From a virus (Duplodnaviria; Caudoviricetes), in the IMG/VR virus record IMGVR_UViG_3300017644_000128, positions 1 through 25,598 of that record: a stretch of DNA of 25,598 nucleotides. One strand, written 5' to 3'. Positions 9,122 to 17,774 of this stretch are shown in pieces. Positions within the stretch are counted from its first letter, which is position 1; each line of letters starts with the position of its first letter. The translations under genes and the position numbers were made by a program. The notes under the pieces are model-generated. The model was not told where the DNA came from. It saw nothing but the letters and a program-made list of their open reading frames with translations, and searched no databases.

Positions 9122-10627
9122 CTAGGTTTCAGGATTCACGGAAGTGCCGTCCGTACCCTCAGGTTGACCGTCCCGCAGACTAAAGAATTGCTGCGCCTGT
9201 TCCTGTGTAAGTAGGCCGGCTGCGACAGCGCCACCGATGCCGTATTTCTGTCCTTCCGGACTCCTCAGAAAATTCATGATTCTGTCGAGCCACTGCTGAT
9301 CGGCGAATTGCCAGACATTGCCCAACAGCATTGAGCGATCGGCATGGGCCCGGTTCTCGCGAACGGGGCGTGTCGCCGCCCAGTTGGAAAACATGATCTC
9401 GCGCGGGATCGGCTTCATGAAGCTGCCGAGATAAATCCCGGGTAACGTTGCGTTGTAGGTCGGATGCGGCACCAACGGGTTCGTGTTGATTCCGGCCCCC
9501 GGAAAGACTTGTGCTATGGCAGATCCCGAAGCTCCGGATAAGCGGTTGAGCAATTCAGGTTCTGTCAATGCGTACCGCGTCGAGGCAATGTCAGGGAAAC
9601 CGAGTTTCTGGAACCTGTCCTGGGCCATCAATTGCGCGAGATAGGTTCGCGCGTCTCCCGGTTTTGCCATCCATTGGTCCGTCAAATTGTCAACACCCGG
9701 AAAATCGGGATATCTTAGCCGCATATGAGCATCAAACGATGTCTTGGCCAATTTTGTCACTGGAGCGAGCTTCATCTGTTCCCGGATAGCCTCCGTCATC
9801 ATCCGGCTGTAGTCGAGTGAGCGCGGGCCCATCGATGTGTACATCAGATAAACCGGAACACCCGCCTCCCCCGCCCAATCGACACGGTCGGATAGCCTCG
9901 AAAGGGCGCCCGCTTCCGATGCCCACACATCCGGATTATCGCGCATGATTTTGAAACCGCCCTGCAAGTTGACCGGCTGTTCAAACCGGTAGTCATTGAT
10001 GCCAACCAGTTCCTTTCCGGCGATCGTACGGTCACCAACGGCGGGGATGATGATGCCGCCCTGCAGCCTTTCCGGCCAAATGATCTCGTCAGGCTTCAAG
10101 ATCCGCTCGCTGCCATAGGTCGCGTTCATCTCTTCCACGGGGCGCCTTAGCTTGGTTAGGCTGATCGGATGGCGGAATGTCTTTGCCGCTCCATTGCCCA
10201 CTTTGCCGGCTGCGCGGCCAACGCCCGGGATTGAGCCGGCGCCAGAGAATATAGCAGTGAGAATGTCCCCGCGCTCCAGGGCGCGAGCCGACTCTTCTTT
10301 GGCGGTCAGTATCCCGAAGGGCGTCCAATCGAGTAGATCTCGCGTGCGCCGTCCGTAATCCTCGGCTGTGTATTTCGGTACACCCAGCGCCTTCAGCCCC
10401 GAACCGATTCCAACCGCGGCGTTCTCGGAAAGAGTCGGCATCCGCGAGTCGGCGCCATACTTCTGGCGATAAACCTCTTCCAAGGAAGTGGGGGCGAAGA
10501 ATCGTTTGAACGCGGCAAGCACGCCACCGCCACTCTCCGACGGCCGAGGCTTGTTATTCCTCTCTATCGAGGCCGGGAGCCCCTTGCGCTGTTCGCCTTC
10601 CTCCAACAGGTTGAATATCCCCGCCAT
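9122..10627 (-). CDS. Polymorphic cargo protein C (501 aa): shared N-terminal region plus uncharacterised C-terminal domain
   Basis: ATG at 10627 overlaps upstream TAA (TAATG), MAGIFNLL; N-terminal region similar to 11878..13017; lower GC than core genes. Confidence 0.75.
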   Translation of the reverse strand: MAGIFNLLEEGEQRKGLPASIERNNKPRPSESGGGVLAAFKRFFAPTSLEEVYRQKYGADSRMPTLSENAAVGIGSGLKALGVPKYTAEDYGRRTRDLLDWTPFGILTAKEESARALERGDILTAIFSGAGSIPGVGRAAGKVGNGAAKTFRHPISLTKLRRPVEEMNATYGSERILKPDEIIWPERLQGGIIIPAVGDRTIAGKELVGINDYRFEQPVNLQGGFKIMRDNPDVWASEAGALSRLSDRVDWAGEAGVPVYLMYTSMGPRSLDYSRMMTEAIREQMKLAPVTKLAKTSFDAHMRLRYPDFPGVDNLTDQWMAKPGDARTYLAQLMAQDRFQKLGFPDIASTRYALTEPELLNRLSGASGSAIAQVFPGAGINTNPLVPHPTYNATLPGIYLGSFMKPIPREIMFSNWAATRPVRENRAHADRSMLLGNVWQFADQQWLDRIMNFLRSPEGQKYGIGGAVAAGLLTQEQAQQFFSLRDGQPEGTDGTSVNPET

Positions 10628-10974
10628 TAACCCGATCTCCCCGGTACTTCTGAAATGGACAAGATGACGTCGAGCGCGTTCGCCGTGCCCGCCTGAACAC
10701 GGATCTCGTCGTTCTCGGCGAGCGCGAAGGCTTCGAGCGGCAGCCAGAGCTGGCCGTTGGCCGGCACCGCATGCTGGAAGAGCAACCGGTATTCCTCCTC
10801 GGCGCCGGCGCTGAACCAGCTTACGGTCGCGGCCACTGGGGTACCGGTCACGTTGGCGAGCCTGAGCCCGATCACCTGGATGTAGCCGACCGCCCTGAAC
10901 ACGGTGGTGTTGGTCGTCGCCGCGAGATGCGCGCCGACCAGCCGACAGGCATCGGAAACGAAGTTCCCGCTCAT
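10624..10974. repeat. 351-bp direct repeat, copy 2
   Basis: 8 mismatches versus 11531..11881 by manual comparison. Confidence 0.95.
10627..10974 (-). CDS. Small putative virion protein (115 aa), copy 2
   Basis: Beta-strand-rich pattern LRLANVT...VPANG...L.ENDEIRVQAGTANALDVILSISE seen in podoviral tail regions; near-identical to 11534..11881. Confidence 0.8.
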   Translation of the reverse strand: MSGNFVSDACRLVGAHLAATTNTTVFRAVGYIQVIGLRLANVTGTPVAATVSWFSAGAEEEYRLLFQHAVPANGQLWLPLEAFALAENDEIRVQAGTANALDVILSISEVPGRSG

Positions 10975-11534
10975 GAGCTCGCCCTCGAAATGTTGGTGAA
11001 AGTCGCTTCCGAAGCGGCCCTGCCGCGCCTGGATGGGCGAATGGGTGTGTCGTTCGGAGACTGTCCTTCAATGAAGAAGGGAGGACCGGAATCCTCCCGT
11101 CCGTCTTGGGCCGTCCAGAAATCGTTGAGTTCCCCCGCGCGTCCGGCGAATGAGGAGGCGCGCCGAAATCCGATCTACTGGACCCAGTCGACTGTCTTGG
11201 ACGCGTTGATGTTGGGGATTGCTGTCAGATGCGCGCCACCCGCTCGGGTTGGACGTCTGCGCTATGCCCTCGCAAGAGCGACCGATGCCGTTGGTCGTTA
11301 CGCCGATTCTGCGCTCGTCATACGAGCTCCTCGGAAAACCCAGAAAGTCGTAGGGCGCAACTCGTAGCCGGTACAGGGACACTCCCAACGCGCCGTTCTC
11401 GAAGCAAGGTTGCCTGGTGCGATGTCTATCCGCTCGCCGAGAGTCGGGCTGGAGGGCTTCAACTTCCCAAAACTTCCGGCCGGCATTGGCGCGGCAGGCT
11501 TGGCCGACTTCTTCAACTGGCCTGCCCCCACCAT
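10971..11534 (-). pseudogene. Degraded polymorphic cargo gene B
   Basis: Starts at TAATG overlap; FGKLKPSSPTLGERI matches FGELKPYNPSLRERI of cargo A, then shifts frame to ALGVSLY; a later frame carries an internal TAG and ends in the ATGA overlap at 10971-10974. Confidence 0.65.
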
Positions 11535-11881
11535 TAACCCGATCTCCCCGGTACTTCTGAAATGGACAAGATGACGTCAAGCGCGTTCGCCGTGCCCGCC
11601 TGAGCACGGATCTCGTCGTTCTCGGCGAGCGCGAAGGCTTCGAGCGGCAGCCAGAGCTGTCCGTTGGCCGGCACCGCATGCTGGAAGAGCAACCGGTATT
11701 CCTCCTCGGCGCCGGAGCTGAACCAGCTTACGGTCGCGGCCACCGGGGTACCGGTCACGTTGGCGAGCCTGAGCCCGATCACCTGGATGTAGCCGACCGC
11801 TCTGAACACGGTGGTGTTGGTCGTCCCCGCGAGATGCGCGCCGACCAGCCGGCAGGCATCGGAAACGAAGTTCCCGCTCAT
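11531..11881. repeat. 351-bp direct repeat, copy 1
   Basis: 907-bp offset from copy 2. Confidence 0.95.
11534..11881 (-). CDS. Small putative virion protein (115 aa), copy 1
   Basis: Three amino-acid differences from copy 2; translationally coupled on both sides. Confidence 0.8.
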   Translation of the reverse strand: MSGNFVSDACRLVGAHLAGTTNTTVFRAVGYIQVIGLRLANVTGTPVAATVSWFSSGAEEEYRLLFQHAVPANGQLWLPLEAFALAENDEIRAQAGTANALDVILSISEVPGRSG

Positions 11882-13017
11882 CGCTTATCCCGTTCGGCGA
11901 GGGTGCCCATCAGGCCAGCCGGCGCCAGCGCCGCGGCAAGGCTGTTCTGGATGATGTCCTTGAACAGCGGATGGGGATTGACACGCTCCCTCCACCATTT
12001 CGCGGCCTTGGGCGCTACCGTCTTGACGTAATTCGGGTCAGCCAGATAGGCCCGCCCAAATTCGGCCGCGAGTTCCCCATCGGCCTCAGGGCCGGCTTTG
12101 TAGTCGAGATCCTCCGGGTTGTACCCATTGTAAACCTTGCGAGGAGTGCGTTCGACGTCGGCGCCGCGCTGGCGGGCCATATTCAGGTCGGGATTGTTGA
12201 GGTCGTTGTAGACGAAATTGAGTTCCGATCTCGCACCCTTGGGAATATTGGCCTTCGGGTCCGATTTCCATTCGCGTGCGAGGCTGTCGAACATGTAACC
12301 CATCTCGTGAGCCACGACCATGTCCTTCTTCTCGGGGGGAAGTGTCTTGAGGACGTAAATGTCGCGTTCAGGATCGCCAGTGGGAGAATAACCCTCTACG
12401 TAGGTTCCGACTGACCTTCTTGGAAGCGCTTTTGCCTCGACCGCCGCAGGCCGCGAGCCAATCGCTGCCTCTGTGACGGCGTCATGTTCCGACGGTAGGA
12501 GGGGGACATCTTCTCCGCCCACCGCTCTTCGGCCGACAACTCTTTCGGCGGTGAGGGGTCGACCGTCAATGTCTTCGAGGAGTCTTCCGGTTTCATCCGC
12601 TTTGGCTCCGAAGGGGTAGTCAAGTTCGAATGCCCTGGCTGGTTTGATCGGTAGAGCGTAAATGTTCACCGAGCGACTCGCCAGCTTTTTCATGCCTTTG
12701 CCGGCAAAATCTCCGGCGACGAGCGCCAATCCAGCGAGCGTTCCCAGCCCGAGCAAACCGGCCTCGACATAGCTCCCCCTGTTCCACGCTCGCCTGGTTT
12801 CATCTGCCCCCGCCCCTTCGCCGACAAAGGGTATGAAGTCCACCAATTCACCGACTGCGCGCGAAATGTCCTGCTGGCCATATCGACCGACGCCCAATGC
12901 AGCCGCCAGATCGGACGCGCCCCAGCCGATGCGCTCGCGCAGAGACGGATTGTAGGGCTTCAACTCACCGAACGGCCTTGGCTGTAACTCTGCCATCTGT
13001 CGCTGCTTTCCTGTCAT
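11878..13017 (-). CDS. Polymorphic cargo protein A: shared N-terminal region plus zincin-like metallopeptidase domain (HEMGY variant)
   Basis: VDFIPFVG in N-terminal region; VVAHEMGYMFD and ELAAEFGRAYLADPNYVKTVAP; ATGA overlaps at both ends. Confidence 0.72.
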   Translation of the reverse strand: MTGKQRQMAELQPRPFGELKPYNPSLRERIGWGASDLAAALGVGRYGQQDISRAVGELVDFIPFVGEGAGADETRRAWNRGSYVEAGLLGLGTLAGLALVAGDFAGKGMKKLASRSVNIYALPIKPARAFELDYPFGAKADETGRLLEDIDGRPLTAERVVGRRAVGGEDVPLLPSEHDAVTEAAIGSRPAAVEAKALPRRSVGTYVEGYSPTGDPERDIYVLKTLPPEKKDMVVAHEMGYMFDSLAREWKSDPKANIPKGARSELNFVYNDLNNPDLNMARQRGADVERTPRKVYNGYNPEDLDYKAGPEADGELAAEFGRAYLADPNYVKTVAPKAAKWWRERVNPHPLFKDIIQNSLAAALAPAGLMGTLAERDKR

Positions 13018-14483
13018 TGCTGGCCCTCGGGTTGCGCGTCAGGCTCGACGCCATGGACGGCCGTCCATTGCTGGCCGGATGGGATGGTCACCTCGAAACG
13101 ATGGAAGCGGCCGCTGGAACGCATCGGTATGAGGCCGGTGCGTTCCGACAATGTGGCTGGATTGCTCCAGCTCGACGGGCCGCCTGCCCGGTCCTTGACC
13201 GCGATCCGGCCCGAGACGATCGAGGCGTCGCAAAGCGGCGTGAAGCCGTTGACGAAGCTTCGCCCGCCGGTCGTCAACTGGACGTCGCCCGTCTGCAGCG
13301 TCGCCGGCAGCGGATCGCCGGAGAAGAAGCCCAGGCGGAAATCGGTGTCGAAGGCGGCGATCGTCGGCGTGCCGCCGCTCCAGGCGCGGCTGTCCAGCGA
13401 GAAGGGCAACTGATCCAGCGGAATGCCGAGCGATCTCAGGCTCTCCAGCGTGTAGCCCGGCGTGGTCGCATCGATCAGCCCGGTCATGATCCTGTTGGGC
13501 TTGAGCAACGACCAGCGGTCGACGCCGTAGTGGTAGAGCAGCACCTTGTCGAAGGAGTTCTCGAGCGTGTTGCCGATCGAGCGATAGGCCCAGTAGACGA
13601 TCTTCCGGTTGGGATCCTCGCTGCCATAGACGTTGTAGATCTCTTGGCGCGAGATGTCGTCGATGAAGGAATTGTCCACCCGCTCGATACCGATGCCGAC
13701 CGGCGGCACGCCGTAGCGGTAGAAGCCGTCGTCCGACAGGTAGAAGATGCCGCCGCCGGTCGCAACGACCGACCGCGGCGCCATGCAGCCATGGTTGGTG
13801 AGCGTCTGCTGGAAGGTCATCACCATCGGCGTCTCCAGCGCCAGCTTGCCCTCCCGGACGCTTTCGGCGTGGAAGATCACGCAGCCGTTCACCCCACCGG
13901 CAAATCCCATGATTTCGCCGCCGTCGGGGAATGCCTGGAAGTCGGAAGACCTCTGCCGCGGCGTCCAGAATTGCGGCTGGTTGAGACCCGACCACTGCAC
14001 CATTCGCTGGTTCGTCGCCAGATGCGCCAGCATGACGAAATCGCCCATCGAGCCGACGAACTTGGCGCGCGGCGCGTCCTGCGCGAGGTCGGCAAAGCGC
14101 ACGGGCGAATTGAGGTCGATATATTGGACGGGATCGACGCCGTTGGTCGCGATCAGCCACGAGCCATATTGCGTGAAGGACCAGCGCTCGGAGGCCGGCG
14201 TCAGGTAGCCGCCCTCCCTGGAGACGTCGATCCAGCCCAGCGTGGCGCCGTCGAACCTCATGAGCTTCGTCGCCGTGCCGGTGAACAGCAGGTAGTTGCC
14301 GTTGACGACATAAGAGAGATACGAGCCTTGCGGCCGCTCCGGGAGGGGCTGCGACAGCGCCGTGAAGGAGGGAAACGGCCCGTATCCGCCATGGATCGGC
14401 AGGACGTTCTCCAGTGAATCGGCGACATCCGGATCGAAGGAGGAACGGTCCGGCGCATAGTTAGCGAAAGAGATCAGGGCCAT
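13014..14483 (-). CDS. Tail tubular/nozzle protein (P22 gp10-like DNA stabilisation protein)
   Basis: 489 aa beta-rich; ENVLP..GGYGPFPS, WSFTQYG, QWSGLN...W, SDFQ.FPDGG, FYLSDDGFY; follows the adaptor gene. Confidence 0.8.
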   Translation of the reverse strand: MALISFANYAPDRSSFDPDVADSLENVLPIHGGYGPFPSFTALSQPLPERPQGSYLSYVVNGNYLLFTGTATKLMRFDGATLGWIDVSREGGYLTPASERWSFTQYGSWLIATNGVDPVQYIDLNSPVRFADLAQDAPRAKFVGSMGDFVMLAHLATNQRMVQWSGLNQPQFWTPRQRSSDFQAFPDGGEIMGFAGGVNGCVIFHAESVREGKLALETPMVMTFQQTLTNHGCMAPRSVVATGGGIFYLSDDGFYRYGVPPVGIGIERVDNSFIDDISRQEIYNVYGSEDPNRKIVYWAYRSIGNTLENSFDKVLLYHYGVDRWSLLKPNRIMTGLIDATTPGYTLESLRSLGIPLDQLPFSLDSRAWSGGTPTIAAFDTDFRLGFFSGDPLPATLQTGDVQLTTGGRSFVNGFTPLCDASIVSGRIAVKDRAGGPSSWSNPATLSERTGLIPMRSSGRFHRFEVTIPSGQQWTAVHGVEPDAQPEGQQ

Positions 14484-14498
14484 TCGACATCCGCTGCG

Positions 14499-14638
14499 TT
14501 ATGAATGGCCGATGGGAACCCATCGGTCATTCCAGCGCGCGACCGCGCGCCGCGCCTGTTGGCGCGAAAGCCAAGCGACCCGGATGGGTCGCGCCGGCGA
14601 CTGAGGCACCCTGGATGTGTCAACATCCAGGGTCATAA
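14499..14638. mobile_element. MITE-like/RIME-like 140-bp element with five hairpins
   Basis: Ends TTATGA/TCATAA are inverted; stems at 14503-14532, 14535-14550, 14551-14566, 14575-14592 and 14608-14633. Confidence 0.6.
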
Positions 14639-15276
14639 GAACTAATGCTTCCGCGCAAGGGCTCGCCGATGCGCTGAAGCATGGGGTCGACGGTGAGGTT
14701 GCCCCGTTTGGACTGAGCGATGACGTTCTTCACCTCGGGCAGGCCGGCATTGAGCACGGCCTGGAATTGGGCGGCGTAGGGACTGTCCCGGATGAACAAC
14801 CCGCCCCAGACGAGCACGGCGGCGAGATAGATGTCTGGATGATTGGCGAGCAGCCAGTTGGTCGGCGTCGTGTCCGACAGGCGGTGCCATTGCGAGAAAT
14901 GCAGCCGGAAGGAATAGTTCTCGTCGAGGACCCGGTCGAAACCGATCGCCTCCCCCTCCCTCGCCCAGAAGCGGGGGCGGCCCGGGGTGGCAACCAGCGG
15001 AAACGTGCCGGAAGCCTTGGGCGTGAGCTCGACCTCGTTGACGCCTGGCCGCGCCAGGAAGAGCGTGATCGGGTGCTCGCAGGACAGCTGCGAGATGTCG
15101 ACGACGCGCGATCCCGCGGCTCCGGATAACGAAGCCTCGAGCCGCACAGGATCGAGCTCCCGGTTGAGCCGCGCCTCGGCCAGCGCGACGAAGTCCGCCG
15201 CCTCGCCCGGCAGATCGGCGCGCGCCATCCAGTTGGCGACCGCGGCCTTCAGCTCGGCATAGTTAGTCAGCGCCAT
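14620..15276 (-). CDS. Head-tail adaptor (P22 gp4-like position; tail tubular A-like)
   Basis: MALTNYAELKAAVANWMARADL...FVALAEARLNREL and TNWLL.NHPDIYL, characteristic of podoviral adaptors. Confidence 0.82.
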   Translation of the reverse strand: MALTNYAELKAAVANWMARADLPGEAADFVALAEARLNRELDPVRLEASLSGAAGSRVVDISQLSCEHPITLFLARPGVNEVELTPKASGTFPLVATPGRPRFWAREGEAIGFDRVLDENYSFRLHFSQWHRLSDTTPTNWLLANHPDIYLAAVLVWGGLFIRDSPYAAQFQAVLNAGLPEVKNVIAQSKRGNLTVDPMLQRIGEPLRGSISSYDPGC

Positions 15277-15400
15277 CGGGCATCACCTTGGCTGGGGTAT
15301 CCACGAATCCGGCGGGAATGATCTCGCCCGCCTCGAACAGGCGCGCGCCTTGCATCGAATACATCCAGGTCGCGCAAATCGCCGTAACATTCGAGTTCAT
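15263..15400 (-). CDS. Small protein downstream of capsid (45 aa)
   Basis: GGGAG RBS then MNSNVT; TWMY....ARLF..GE.IP.GFVDTP pattern; overlaps adaptor start. Confidence 0.6.
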   Translation of the reverse strand: MNSNVTAICATWMYSMQGARLFEAGEIIPAGFVDTPAKVMPDGAD

Positions 15401-15414
15401 TGGCTCCCTGCGGG

Positions 15415-15442
15415 AGGGGCGGCCCGAAGGCCGCCCCTTTTT
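15415..15442. terminator. 10-bp GC stem with cUUCGg loop after the capsid gene
   Basis: AGGGGCGGCC-cgaa-GGCCGCCCCT followed by TTTT on the + strand; the minus strand reads cTTCGg loop without a U tract. Confidence 0.65.
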
Positions 15443-15453
15443 GCGCTCGGCGG

Positions 15454-16698
15454 TCAAGCTGGCGCCCCGCCGCTCATGCGCGTGGCCAGCCGCGGATCGA
15501 CGGCCTTCACGCCGTAAAGCACGTCCAGACGCCATTTCGAAACGTCGTTCACCCCGTCATAGACGGGAATGACGCGCACGCGCGTGCCGTTATAGGCCCG
15601 CCGCGCCACCTCGACGGCGCCGGGAGGGCTCTCGAGATCGACCATCACCAGCGAGAACGCGTTCTTGTGGAAGGCGAGGTTCTGGCGATAGGTGTCGCCG
15701 CCCGCGCCCGCCACGGTGATCGCCGCATTGTCGGCCGGGGCGTTGCTCACCGTCTGGAAAGCGCCGCTGTCGATGATGGCCGGGCTGATCGTCAGCGAAG
15801 CGTTGCCGGCGCCGTCCGCATCGGCGTCCGACACCACCACGAACTGGCGCAGGAAGGGCAGCCGGGCCTTCGTCACCGGGTTGACGGCGAAGACGCCGGC
15901 AATGGTGAACACGTCGCCCGCCTTGAGGATGCCGTTGGCCGAAGCGGTCCAGCCGTCGGTGACGAGCGTCTGCTGGTTGCTGTCCTTCACCGCGGCATAG
16001 GTCGACCTCTGGTCGGCCCCGTTGACCAGCGGCGTGCCGGTCGCCACCCCCACCGTGTGGGTCGGCACGTTCTGCGACATATAGGTGTCGAGGCCGCCGA
16101 TCGTGCCGAGCGAGCCGTTGCGGTAGGCGCCCTTCGCGGCATCCTGGATGTAGAGCGCGGTCTGCGAGCCGAGCAGGCCCCAATGGTCGGCCGGGGAAAG
16201 GATCGCGCAGCGCTCGTCGGTCGGCACCGCACCTTCGTCGAGCCGTTCCGGCGCGAGCGCGAAGTCCTTGTAGTTCTTCACGGTGGCGCCCGGCGTGCCG
16301 ACCCAGGACGGCACGGAAGCGTAGAGCGCCATCAGGTCCCGGTCGATCTGGTTGGCGAGTTGGATCAGCGCCGGCTTGATGACGCGTTCGGACAGGTCCT
16401 CGATCCTGAGGGTCAGATCCTGCGACGTGAACTGGAAGTCCACGCCCTTGAGCTTGTTGACGACGATCTGGGTCTTGCCCTCGATCACGTCCTGGGTGGA
16501 CATGACCGGGCCGTCACGCACGGTGAAGTCGGCCGGCTTGCGGATTGAGATCGTGTCGCCGACCTTGTAGCCGTTGACCCGCTTGGTGAAGTCCTCCTCG
16601 TAGCCGCGGAACACGTTCTTGGCCATGACGAGGTTGTTGTCGAGCACCATCACCGCTTCCTTGGCGACGATGTCCGCTGTCAAAGTGGTATTTGCCAT
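15454..16698 (-). CDS. Major capsid protein, P22 gp5 family
   Basis: MANTTLTADIVAKEA, KVGDTISIRKP, LKAGDVFTIAGV.AVNPVT, QNLAFHKNAF.L and RLDVLYG motifs. Confidence 0.93.
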   Translation of the reverse strand: MANTTLTADIVAKEAVMVLDNNLVMAKNVFRGYEEDFTKRVNGYKVGDTISIRKPADFTVRDGPVMSTQDVIEGKTQIVVNKLKGVDFQFTSQDLTLRIEDLSERVIKPALIQLANQIDRDLMALYASVPSWVGTPGATVKNYKDFALAPERLDEGAVPTDERCAILSPADHWGLLGSQTALYIQDAAKGAYRNGSLGTIGGLDTYMSQNVPTHTVGVATGTPLVNGADQRSTYAAVKDSNQQTLVTDGWTASANGILKAGDVFTIAGVFAVNPVTKARLPFLRQFVVVSDADADGAGNASLTISPAIIDSGAFQTVSNAPADNAAITVAGAGGDTYRQNLAFHKNAFSLVMVDLESPPGAVEVARRAYNGTRVRVIPVYDGVNDVSKWRLDVLYGVKAVDPRLATRMSGGAPA

Positions 16699-16749
16699 TC
16701 AAGAGATCCTTTCAGCGAGGTCGCTTCCTCGCCGTGTGAGGTGCGAGAT

Positions 16750-17607
16750 TTACCGTCCCCGGCGCATCTGCGCCGCGCGATGCTCGGCGTATTCCTCCAT
16801 CGACATGTCGGCGAGCGACTTGCCGGCGGACGGGCTGGAACGGCCGCCGACCAGCGAAAGCGGCCGGACGGCGCGTCCTGCGGAAGCCTTGGGGGCGGTG
16901 GTTTTGTTGAGGGCCTGTTCGCCGATGCGGGCGAGGTAAAGGAGGTTGTAGACCAGGGGGGACATGGCATCCCTCAGGTTCTGGTCTGTCGCTCCCTTCG
17001 ACCGCGCGAATTCGATGATCTGGAGGTCGAGTTCCGGCGACCACCCCTTGATGTGCCTGCGAGCAAAGTCCTGGGTTTCCTCGAAGCGCCTTGCAGTCTC
17101 CTGTTGCGCCATCTGGGTCCGCCAGCCCTGCCGGTGATGGAGATCTTCTGCGATCTGGCCGCGCTGTTCCTTCAAGGTCTGATAGCGCATCCAGTGCTGT
17201 TGGGCGCCGGTCGGATCATTGGCGGCGAGCTGGTCCCAATCGACATGGGCGTATTGCTCGAGCGCCGTGTCGAGAGCGACGAGCGCGGCGCGCGACGTGA
17301 TCTCCTCCTCGCTCACCTGGGCCTGCTGTCGGACATGACTCGCCACATCCTCCAGTCCCCGGCGCTGCTCGGCAAGTTCCTGCGTCTTGCGCGTATAGTC
17401 CGCCTGCATGAGAAAGCCGCCCTTGAGGGCGGCCGGAACCTGGTATTGCCTGCCGTCATATTCGATGGTCTCGAACGCTTCGGCAGGCTCGGGTTCTGCA
17501 ATCGTGTCCCCCGGCGCGGCAGCTCCCGCGTGGACGTCCATCGGCTCCCCCGCTTCGATTGCTGGATTGTCCAGTTCGTCGGCAAAAGGATCTTGCTCGT
17601 CGGTCAT
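16750..17607 (-). CDS. Scaffolding protein
   Basis: Acidic N-terminus, LMQADYTRKTQELAEQRR, VDWDQL...DP, C-terminal DMSMEEYA; immediately upstream of capsid; start could be 17616 or 17619. Confidence 0.85.
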   Translation of the reverse strand: MTDEQDPFADELDNPAIEAGEPMDVHAGAAAPGDTIAEPEPAEAFETIEYDGRQYQVPAALKGGFLMQADYTRKTQELAEQRRGLEDVASHVRQQAQVSEEEITSRAALVALDTALEQYAHVDWDQLAANDPTGAQQHWMRYQTLKEQRGQIAEDLHHRQGWRTQMAQQETARRFEETQDFARRHIKGWSPELDLQIIEFARSKGATDQNLRDAMSPLVYNLLYLARIGEQALNKTTAPKASAGRAVRPLSLVGGRSSPSAGKSLADMSMEEYAEHRAAQMRRGR

Positions 17608-17774
17608 GACGATCATCACTCCGTTGGTGGTTGGTGAAATTTGGGAGGTCTAAAGGCGGCTCAAAAAGCGCGCCCAGGGGCTCAGCATAAGCCTGCATTC
17701 AGGTTCGCTCGATCGGCCGAGAGGGCCTGGCTTCGGCAATCACTGCAGCAGAGTCCCAGCGCCATCGACTTTGG

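Noticed and set aside
10628-11071. N-terminal 148 aa of the 649-aa ORF 9122..11071
   Set aside because: Overlaps the real 115-aa gene in another frame; the coupled ATG at 10627 is the better start.
11068-11679. 203-aa ORF as a gene
   Set aside because: Its first part is an alternative frame of the 115-aa gene and the rest is one frame of pseudogene B.
10624-11881. Diversity-generating retroelement template/variable repeat pair
   Set aside because: The eight mismatches are not adenine-specific, the repeat is a whole gene, and there is no reverse transcriptase in the window.
10627-11881. 115-aa gene as an immunity protein for the cargo genes
   Set aside because: Nearly identical copies neighbour unrelated C-terminal domains, and the sequence looks like a conserved virion-region protein with core-like GC.
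12897-14417. 506-aa plus-strand ORF
   Set aside because: Antisense shadow of the tail gene.
15400-17637. 382-aa and 298-aa plus-strand ORFs
   Set aside because: Antisense shadows of capsid and scaffold genes.
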